Origin: Candidatus Micrarchaeota archaeon
Lineage (GTDB): Archaea > Micrarchaeota > Micrarchaeia > Anstonellales > Bilamarchaeaceae
NCBI GenBank assembly: GCA_040754495.1
Contig: JBFMCO010000041.1
Location: 1 to 54,616, forward strand
Length of the DNA: 54,616 nt
Reading direction: 5' to 3'
The notes under the pieces were generated by a model, which ran no database searches, had not been told where the DNA came from, and saw only the letters and a program-made list of their open reading frames with translations. Shown piece after piece: positions 38,393 to 45,222 of this stretch (the stretch's first letter is position 1; each line of letters begins with the position of its first letter). Position numbers and translations under genes: made by a program.

Positions 38393-39178
38393 ATGGGCGC
38401 TTACAAATACATAGCAGAAACCCTGCAGAAGCAGTACAAGGAGAGGGACGCCGTTTACAGGCAGAAGGTCATCGCATGGAGGGCCGGCCCCGCGATAGCC
38501 CGCGTCGAGCGGCCGACTAACATCGCCCGCGCCCGCAGGCTCGGCTACCAGGCCAAGCAGGGATACGTGGTCGTCCGCGCCCGCGTGGACAAGGGCAGGC
38601 GGACGAGGCGCAAGCCCATGGGCGGCCGCAAGCACAAGAACTACTACCGGTTCGTGCAGCCGCAGCTCTCACACCAGGCAATCGCCGAGCAGAGGGTGAA
38701 CCGCCTCTACCGGAACCTGGAGGTCCTCAACTCGTACTGGGTGGGCGAGGACGGCAACTACAAGTTCTTCGAAGTTATACTCGCGGACCCGTCCAAGCCG
38801 AGCGTCAATATCAGCTCGGCAATCAGGCAGGGCAAGGCCTTCAGGGGCCTTACGTCCGCCGGCAACTCGAGGGGCCCGAGCAAGAAGAAGGGCCTGAACA
38901 AGAGGCTGCTCCGGAAGGCGCTCCAGTCGAAGCCCTTCCACTACGAGCCTTACGTGAAGAGGGAGCCGAAACCCGAAACCGCTAAACCCCAAACCGCCGC
39001 TCCCCCGCGCCATCCCAAGCCCCACGGCGGCGAGGCGAAGAAGGCGGAGCCGGCCCACGGGCACCAAGAGCACAAGGCCCACGAAGAGCACAGACCCGAG
39101 CACAAGGCCCCCGTCCACGAGGCGAAACACGAAACGCACCACGCGAAACCCGCGCCTGCCCACGAGCACAAGAAATAA
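38393..39178 (+). CDS. rpl15e: 50S ribosomal protein eL15 with a His/Pro/Lys-rich C-terminal extension
   Basis: MGAYKY, ERPT..ARARRLGYQAKQGYVVVR, IAEQR, LEVLNSYWVGEDGNYKFFEVILAD and FRGLTSAG, followed by a low-complexity tail. Confidence 0.98.
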   Translation: MGAYKYIAETLQKQYKERDAVYRQKVIAWRAGPAIARVERPTNIARARRLGYQAKQGYVVVRARVDKGRRTRRKPMGGRKHKNYYRFVQPQLSHQAIAEQRVNRLYRNLEVLNSYWVGEDGNYKFFEVILADPSKPSVNISSAIRQGKAFRGLTSAGNSRGPSKKKGLNKRLLRKALQSKPFHYEPYVKREPKPETAKPQTAAPPRHPKPHGGEAKKAEPAHGHQEHKAHEEHRPEHKAPVHEAKHETHHAKPAPAHEHKK

Positions 39179-39183
39179 TCCTC

Positions 39184-39636
39184 ATGTTCGACATAATCGG
39201 GTGCCAGGCCGAGCCCTCGCGGTTCGGCTTCGAGCGCTTCTTTTTTTTCCCAGAGGCCCGGGGCAGAATCATCGAGGCCGGGAACGTCACTGCCGCAGCG
39301 GAGCAGAGGAACAGGAAATCCCTCATAATGCTGAAGGATTACGCCTTCGACGAGGGCGCGATAAAGCTCATAGCCGAGAAGAAGAGCCTCTGCTTCCTTA
39401 TCGACCTCGGAAGGCTGATTCGCACGCGCGGCGTGCCAAGGGCAATCGCCCTCTCGAAGCTCCGTACGTTCCTTTCGATGTGCAACCGCTTCGGCGCATA
39501 CTACTCGTTCGCATCCTTCGCAGCCGGCGAAAGCCAGATAAGGACGCCGGACGAGCTCCTGCACATCGCCATGCTGCTCGGCATCAACCGCGGCCAGGCG
39601 AAATTCGCATTGAAGATGCTGAAGCACTACCTTTAG
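39184..39636 (+). CDS. rnp3: Short RNase P subunit Rpp30-like protein
   Basis: PHP-like C-terminal motifs (ASFA.....IRTPDELL.IAMLLG) and the conserved position next to rpl15e. Only 150 aa. Confidence 0.75.
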   Translation: MFDIIGCQAEPSRFGFERFFFFPEARGRIIEAGNVTAAAEQRNRKSLIMLKDYAFDEGAIKLIAEKKSLCFLIDLGRLIRTRGVPRAIALSKLRTFLSMCNRFGAYYSFASFAAGESQIRTPDELLHIAMLLGINRGQAKFALKMLKHYL

Positions 39637-40169
39637 CCGCCGATGGTGAGGGTGAAGGACACCTTTTCGTTGGATATGGGGCACACGCCATCCACGGGGT
39701 CGCCGACGTCCTGCTCGACCTCGACGTCGTGGATTGCGATGCACTTCTCCATCACTGAATAGCACATGCTCGAATGCACGCCGACCTCCTGCATATAAGG
39801 CGGGTCGGATTCGATTGTGAGCCTGATTGTCGCGGCCCCGGAGGTGACGGTGCAGACGCCGCTGCCCTCTATCCTGGTCTCCTGGTAGATGCTCAGCACC
39901 TCGACATGGATGACTTCGTCCTGCATGGTTACGGCGCCCGTCTCCTCGTTCCTGTGGACCGCTTTGGTAACGGTGTTCTTCGACTCTCCCTCCCCCAGGG
40001 TGATGTGATACTCCTTCGCGTTGCATTCAGAGTCTACCGGGCACGGCTCGCAGGCCGTCTGGCCCATCGCCCCGGCGAAAAGAAGCGCTGAAAAAGCCCG
40101 CGCGGGACTTGATTGCCGCACCCTGCTTTCCGGCCTCCTGGCTTTCCCCCTTTCCTCGTGGACTATCAT
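39633..40169 (-). CDS. Putative secreted Cys-rich protein of unknown function
   Basis: Basic N-region, hydrophobic segment, TAC lipobox-like site and several Cys pairs. Confidence 0.6.
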   Translation of the reverse strand: MIVHEERGKARRPESRVRQSSPARAFSALLFAGAMGQTACEPCPVDSECNAKEYHITLGEGESKNTVTKAVHRNEETGAVTMQDEVIHVEVLSIYQETRIEGSGVCTVTSGAATIRLTIESDPPYMQEVGVHSSMCYSVMEKCIAIHDVEVEQDVGDPVDGVCPISNEKVSFTLTIGG

Positions 40170-40206
40170 GTCCTCTCATATGTGTGGTTCGATTTAAAAA
40201 CTTGTG

Positions 40207-41067
40207 TCACAAGTCCTTCCCGGTAAGCATCCTGAACGCCTGCAGGTACCTCTCGGTCGTCCTCTTCACAACGTCCGGCGGCAGCGGGGGCGGCGGGGGG
40301 CTCTTGTTCCATCCGCTTCTCTCCAGGTAATCCCGGACGAACTGCTTGTCGAGGCTCTCGAGCGCGCCCTGCTCGTACCTGTCTTTCAGCCAGTAGCGGC
40401 TCGAATCAGGCGTGAGCGCCTCGTCTATGAGTATGGTTTTTCCCTCAAGCATACCGAACTCGAATTTGGTGTCAGCAAGGACCAGGCCGCTCTTCCAGGC
40501 GTGCTTCTTTCCCGCCTGATAGAGCGCGATGCTCTTCTCCTTCACTGTTTCGTAGACCTCCTTCCCGACGATGAGCGCCGCATCGCTTTCGCTGATATTC
40601 ATGTCGTGGCCCTTCTCGGCCTTGGTCGAAGGAGTGAAAATCGGCTCGGGGAGCTCGCTCCCGTTCTTCAGCCCCGGCGGCAGTTTTATCCCGCAGACCG
40701 TGCCGCCCTGCCGGTACTCCTTCCACGCGCTCCCGGTTATATAGCCCCGCACCACGCACTCCAGCATGACCGGCTGGCATCTTTTGACCACCATGCTCCT
40801 GCCTTTGAGGAATCCCGGCAGGCCTTCCGGGGGCTTGTCGCTGAGCATGTGGTTCTCGATTATCTTTTTTGTCTTCCTGAACCAGAAGGCCGACAGCCGG
40901 TTCAACACCTCCCCCTTGCGAGGTATGCCCTCGTTGAATACGACGTCGAAAGCGCTCAGCCTGTCGGTCGCCACCATGAGCAGCGAATCATCGAGCGCGT
41001 AGGTGTCGCGCACCTTCCCCTTCTTCACGAGCTGGAGCGAAAGTGCCGTAGAAGTAATGGGTTCCAT
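40207..41067 (-). CDS. purC: SAICAR synthetase
   Basis: GKVRD, TDRLSAFD, ECVVRGY, IFTPSTKA, DTKFEFG, DEALTPDSSR and DKQFVR motifs. Confidence 0.98.
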   Translation of the reverse strand: MEPITSTALSLQLVKKGKVRDTYALDDSLLMVATDRLSAFDVVFNEGIPRKGEVLNRLSAFWFRKTKKIIENHMLSDKPPEGLPGFLKGRSMVVKRCQPVMLECVVRGYITGSAWKEYRQGGTVCGIKLPPGLKNGSELPEPIFTPSTKAEKGHDMNISESDAALIVGKEVYETVKEKSIALYQAGKKHAWKSGLVLADTKFEFGMLEGKTILIDEALTPDSSRYWLKDRYEQGALESLDKQFVRDYLERSGWNKSPPPPPLPPDVVKRTTERYLQAFRMLTGKDL

Positions 41068-41152
41068 GCTTCCAAATCTTTTGCAAGATTTAAAACCCCA
41101 GCCCCCGGGTTACGCTGTTTTATAATTATTATGTTGTAATTGTGTGAGATAT

Positions 41153-41977
41153 ATGCACAAGCAAATGGGTCCCGGAAAAAGCAGCGAGCGACCTGAGGGG
41201 AGATTCAGCTCCTCCAAGCCGCCGCCGAGCGGCCCCCAGGCCGAGCTGAGGGGCGCATTGCGCCTCATGGACCAGGGGAAATTCTACGAGGCCGAGAGGA
41301 AGCTCAACTCGATTCTCGCTGAGAATCCCAAGGACCGGGCGGCGCTGGGGGTGCTCATCCGGCTCTATTCGAAGGCAGGCAAGCTCGCTGCGGCCGAGGA
41401 CGTCTTCGAGTATGTCGAGGACCACGATATCACGGACGCCCCGCTCTGCACAATCATGATAAGCGCCTTCGGCAGGTTCAACCAGTGCGAGGCCGCCCGG
41501 GAGGTATTTGACATGGCGGTGGAACACGGCCTCGCGGATGTCCTGCTCTATAGCGCGATGATAAATGCCTACAAGCAGGCGGGCGGGATGGAGAAAGCGT
41601 GCGAGGTTTTCACGATGGCGGTCCGGGCCGGCATGGCAGACCTTATCACCTACACCTCGATGATAGACGCCTACGGGCGGGAGGGGGATTCGGAGAGCGC
41701 CGAAACGCTTTTCCGCGAGGCGCTGCAGAAGTTCGAGCCCGACGGGCACCTCTACACCGCGATGATAGGCGCCCTCGGCCGCTCGGGGCGCGTTCAGGAG
41801 GCGCGCAGGCTTTTCGACGAGGCCGTCCGTAGCGGGAATGCCGATACGCTGACCTACACCTCGATGCTTACGACCTACAAGAGGCGGGGGCTCATGGCAG
41901 AGGCGCGCGAGCTGTTCCTGGAAGCCAAGCGCGCAGGCTTCGCGGATGACCACATGCACTCGGTATTCTACGGCTGA
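41153..41977 (+). CDS. Pentatricopeptide-repeat (PPR) protein: one TPR-like hairpin plus six 34-aa PPR motifs
   Basis: Repeats such as VLLYSAMINAYKQAGGMEKACEVFTMAVRAGMAD and LITYTSMIDAYGREGDSESAETLFREALQKFEPD follow the PPR consensus (Y.S/T.MI.AY...G....A..+F). Confidence 0.9.
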   Translation: MHKQMGPGKSSERPEGRFSSSKPPPSGPQAELRGALRLMDQGKFYEAERKLNSILAENPKDRAALGVLIRLYSKAGKLAAAEDVFEYVEDHDITDAPLCTIMISAFGRFNQCEAAREVFDMAVEHGLADVLLYSAMINAYKQAGGMEKACEVFTMAVRAGMADLITYTSMIDAYGREGDSESAETLFREALQKFEPDGHLYTAMIGALGRSGRVQEARRLFDEAVRSGNADTLTYTSMLTTYKRRGLMAEARELFLEAKRAGFADDHMHSVFYG

Positions 41978-42885
41978 GGCGCTTTGCCAGCATCCAGTAT
42001 CTGCAACAGGTCCTTCAGCATGTCTATGTTCAGCACCGGCTTGCCGAACTCTTCCTGGTCGTCGACCATCCTGGGGCATGCGGTGTTGATGAAGCAGTCG
42101 AAAACCATGAAATTGTTGAGCGTTATCGGCTCCAGCTCGTTCGCGGCGAGGATTGCCGCCTCGTAGCCCCTCGATTCGAGCTCCTTCTTGGCCCACTTCG
42201 CGTGGATGAGGTTGAACTGGCCGACCTTCGTGCTCACCATTATGCCGAACCTCCTGCACGAGAAGGCCCTTGCTATCGCGCCCTTCCTCCTCCTCTTCAG
42301 CCTCTCTATCTCGTCATTGACCTTCTTGACGCTGGAATCATAGGTGTTGAAGACGAATACGGGCTTCTTCACGTCTATGGCGAGAGGATGGAACATCCCG
42401 TTTCCTACGAACACGATGGCCTCTACCTTCTTCTCAACTTTCTGCACGGAGAGAGCGTCGCACCCGAGGACCTGCCCCTCCTTCGCGGCGAAGTAGCCGC
42501 TTTCCGCGAAAACCTTCTTGCCATGCTTCTCGAAAAACGCCTTCATCTCGTTGAACTGGTGGATGTGCTGTACCGTCGTCGCGAGGCCGATGCTCCCGAA
42601 CCCTTCGATGTGGGGCAGGACCGCGGCAAGCGCCTCGATATCGATGTCGATGTTGTATTCGACGTACTCGACCCGCACGGGGAGGTCGTTCTTCACGAAC
42701 CTGTTGTGCCCGACATGCACGATCTTGTCCGCCTGCAGCCATCTCGCCTCATCCAGCGCTATGTCGCACGCGCCGTAGCAGGGGGAGGCCGAGAGGAACA
42801 CTTCGTGCCCCTCTGATTCGTATTTTTTCGCAAGCTCGAGGCCTCTGCGTTTTAGGCCCTCCGGAAACTGCAGAAGTATCCTCAT
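41968..42885 (-). CDS. dph2: Diphthamide biosynthesis radical-SAM-like enzyme Dph2
   Basis: LQFPEGLK, CYGACD, GQVLGCD and NTACPR supply the three Fe-S Cys. Confidence 0.98.
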   Translation of the reverse strand: MRILLQFPEGLKRRGLELAKKYESEGHEVFLSASPCYGACDIALDEARWLQADKIVHVGHNRFVKNDLPVRVEYVEYNIDIDIEALAAVLPHIEGFGSIGLATTVQHIHQFNEMKAFFEKHGKKVFAESGYFAAKEGQVLGCDALSVQKVEKKVEAIVFVGNGMFHPLAIDVKKPVFVFNTYDSSVKKVNDEIERLKRRRKGAIARAFSCRRFGIMVSTKVGQFNLIHAKWAKKELESRGYEAAILAANELEPITLNNFMVFDCFINTACPRMVDDQEEFGKPVLNIDMLKDLLQILDAGKAPQP

Positions 42886-42974
42886 GAGCTGCACCTGTTT
42901 GCCTCAGGCAGTTGAGGAGCTTTGAACGGAGCGCCGTTCAAACGCTCCGGAAACTGCAACAGGATGCGCATGCC

Positions 42975-43286
42975 CTAACCCCTCTTGAAGAACGTGAAAA
43001 TCTTCGCCCCGGAAAGAATCTTCTTCAGCTCCCCCTCGAGCGCGCCCTCGCCGGTCTCCTTTCCCTTGCGCCTGAGGAGGGCCTCGAGGTTCCTCTTCTG
43101 TATGCGGAGAATCCTCTCGTTCTTGCCGATTTCGACGAAGTCCGGCACCTTCCCGCCCTTGAGGCCGCCGAGCGCGCGGTTGATTATCGCGAGTTCCAGC
43201 TGGTTGATGTCGAAAAACGATACTGCCTCGCCGGCCGTTTCGCGGACCTCGCCGCCTTCCTCGCGCCGCCTTGCCGTTGCCCTCAC
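42975..43286 (-). CDS. Hypothetical protein (103 aa)
   Basis: GTG start after a GGAG SD. Co-oriented with neighbours. No family recognised. Confidence 0.55.
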   Translation of the reverse strand: MRATARRREEGGEVRETAGEAVSFFDINQLELAIINRALGGLKGGKVPDFVEIGKNERILRIQKRNLEALLRRKGKETGEGALEGELKKILSGAKIFTFFKRG

Positions 43287-43321
43287 GTTATTTCCTCTCC
43301 TTCGCGCCTTTTTAACCTTTC

Positions 43322-43578
43322 ATGATGCTCTCAGGCTCGTTCCTGTCTGCGAAATGGTTGTCCCGGACCGCCCTCACGATGCGGTTGTCGCCCGAGAGGC
43401 CGCTTTTCACGACGGCGCTTATGACGGTAAGCCTCTCCTGCCTGCTGAGCGAGCCGTATGCCAGCGCGAGGCTGTCCGCGAATGCAGCATCCGTCCTAAT
43501 CGTCTGGGCGAGCCTATCCGTCCCCTCCCTTATCCTTGCCGATATATCGGCGTTCCTGGCCAATTCCCTCATGGTCAT
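43322..43578 (-). CDS. Hypothetical helical protein (~85 aa)
   Basis: Frame MTMRELARNADISARIREG...; the start has been trimmed from the track ORF. Confidence 0.5.
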
Positions 43579-43652
43579 GGAAAACCCTCCAGCAATAGTG
43601 CTGGTGTGTCTTTTGGTAACTGTTTGCGGATTCGGCTTTTTTTTAATACTTC

Positions 43653-44594
43653 CTAAATCTCCTGCCCTCCCATCCTGGCGAACACCATATCCCCGCTGTT
43701 CTCCAGTATGTCCTCGGCATAGCGGACGATTTTGTTGCATTTCTCCATCAGCGAGCGCAGGCCGAGCATCCTCGCCGCCGTCTTTTCCTTCCTGAGGCCT
43801 GCCTCAAGGCGAGAGAACTCCTCCTGGAAGTCCTTTCTCGCTTCCCCGAACTCCCCGCGGTCGAGTTCGCAGCCCGCGAACGCCTTGTACGCAGACGAAT
43901 ACGCCTTTTGCGCCTTCTCCAGAAGGACGGCGATGCGGGCATCCGGCCCCTCCCTCGCCAGCACGCTCAGCTCCACCAGGTGGTCGCTCACCTTCTCCAT
44001 GCTCTTTGCCGTTATCGCCTTGAAGACCGATTCGCTGCTCTTGTAGCTCCCGATGCAGAGGTTACGGAGGACGAGCAGGTACAGCCGGTCCACCTCGCTC
44101 TCCTTCCTGGATATCTCGGTATGGGTGTCTGCCCCGTCCCTCAGCGCGCCCATTACAAGGGCGAACATGGATTGGGTGACGTTGAACTCCCTCTTTATTA
44201 TGTTGTCCGTCTGGACGTCCTCGAAGGCGAGTATCCTCAGCGTTACCTTCTCCCCCTCTTCGTCCGTGATTTCGACGCCCGAGAGCACCCTCCTCGCCTC
44301 CTCCGCGATTGTGTGAGTCCCCTTGCCGCTCAGGACAATCCTGCCGGCGCCCCCGACATAGGCAGAGACGATATTCCTCATCCCGGTCGCGGGCGATTCG
44401 GCCGACACCTCCAGGGCGACGGTCTTGAGCTCGCGCTCAGCCTTCTTGAGAGACAGCGTCAGCGTGCCGTCCTCGTTCTGGTTCAGGAACACCCCGTCCC
44501 CCTTCGACACCCCGCTTTTCTGCACCCATTCGTGGGGCAGGGATACGATGTACGTGTTCCTACCCGTGAGCTGAATCCTTCTTGGAATTTCCAT
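43653..44594 (-). CDS. AbrB/SpoVT-PhoU phosphate uptake regulator
   Basis: RRIQLTGRNTYIVSLP..W N-terminal AbrB domain, SAYVGG, and PhoU-like EVDRLY and MEKVSDH. Start ATG 44594. Confidence 0.92.
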   Translation of the reverse strand: MEIPRRIQLTGRNTYIVSLPHEWVQKSGVSKGDGVFLNQNEDGTLTLSLKKAERELKTVALEVSAESPATGMRNIVSAYVGGAGRIVLSGKGTHTIAEEARRVLSGVEITDEEGEKVTLRILAFEDVQTDNIIKREFNVTQSMFALVMGALRDGADTHTEISRKESEVDRLYLLVLRNLCIGSYKSSESVFKAITAKSMEKVSDHLVELSVLAREGPDARIAVLLEKAQKAYSSAYKAFAGCELDRGEFGEARKDFQEEFSRLEAGLRKEKTAARMLGLRSLMEKCNKIVRYAEDILENSGDMVFARMGGQEI

Positions 44595-44605
44595 AGAACC
44601 AACTT

Positions 44606-44657
44606 TGGTATATACCATTTTGTGTTGTATATATACATTTTGCGCAAGATATATAAA
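44606..44657 (+). promoter_or_regulatory. Promoter/operator module copy A
   Basis: TGGTATATACCA-N12-TATATACA-TTTTGCGCAA-GA-TATATAAA, located between the divergent regulator and micro-ORF A. Confidence 0.8.
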
Positions 44658-44695
44658 CGGTCCTGATTCTTCCATGTGCAACAGGAGGTGTGAAT

Positions 44696-44830
44696 ATGTC
44701 GAAAGTGAGCTATCCGAGGGAAAAGAGGCTGAAGGAAGAGGGCATGGACAGCTACTCGTCTGTCAGCTACGCGAGGAACCAGAGGACGAGGCAGTTCGGC
44801 AAATCTTTGCTTGAGGGCTCGAAATCCTGA
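44696..44830 (+). CDS. 44-aa micro-protein A (MSKVSYPREKRLKEEGMDSYSSVSYARNQRTRQFGKSLLEGSKS)
   Basis: Manual translation, with a strong SD AGGAGGTG. Paralog of 44917..45060. Confidence 0.85.
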   Translation: MSKVSYPREKRLKEEGMDSYSSVSYARNQRTRQFGKSLLEGSKS

Positions 44831-44831
44831 A

Positions 44832-44883
44832 TGGTATATACCAAATATACCACCATATATACAATTTGCGCAATGTATATAAA
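44832..44883 (+). promoter_or_regulatory. Promoter/operator module copy B
   Basis: TGGTATATACCA-N12-TATATACA-ATTTGCGCAA-TG-TATATAAA, gap-free and colinear with copy A. Confidence 0.8.
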
Positions 44884-44916
44884 TAAAGAAAAAGGGAAGA
44901 AAACAGAGTGAGTCGA

Positions 44917-45060
44917 ATGCACTTGAATTTCAAAACTCATAACCCGAGAGACAAATACCACAAGGAAGTTGGTAATGACTCTTTCTCGTCTGTGAACTAT
45001 GCGAGGGCTTACAAGAACAGGAAGTTCAGCCTCCCGAACTCAGAGTGCATCATGAAGTAA
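44917..45060 (+). CDS. 47-aa micro-protein B (MHLNFKTHNPRDKYHKEVGNDSFSSVNYARAYKNRKFSLPNSECIMK)
   Basis: Manual translation. Shares PR.K..KE.G.DS.SSV.YAR....R.F with micro-protein A. Confidence 0.85.
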   Translation: MHLNFKTHNPRDKYHKEVGNDSFSSVNYARAYKNRKFSLPNSECIMK

Positions 45061-45077
45061 CGCTCATCCCCAAATTC

Positions 45078-45108
45078 GAGGAGTGGCCCCCGCCCTCCTC
45101 TATTTTTT
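45078..45108 (+). terminator. Hairpin plus T-run after micro-protein B
   Basis: GAGGAG...CTCCTC stem followed by TATTTTTT. Confidence 0.55.
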
Positions 45109-45139
45109 GTAAACTCCAGTCGTAACTGTTTTCTACGGT

Positions 45140-45168
45140 GGTTTCCGGTTTCCAGTTTACGGTTTTGG
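45140..45168 (-). repeat. Intergenic heptamer array, copy 6
   Basis: The minus strand reads CCAAAA CCGTAAA CTGGAAA CCGGAAA CC. Confidence 0.8.
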
Positions 45169-45222
45169 GGAGGATTGATAACGGCTGGAAAAATGGAAAA
45201 GGGAAAATAGAAAGAGCCGCGG

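Noticed and set aside
44605-44814. Track ORF of 69 aa (+)
   Set aside because: It starts within the operator boxes. The alternative frame 44696..44830 has a strong SD and a paralog.
6925-45168. CRISPR interpretation of the repeated intergenic sequences
   Set aside because: The units are 7-bp tandem repeats without spacers. No 25-45 bp repeat-spacer array or cas gene was seen.
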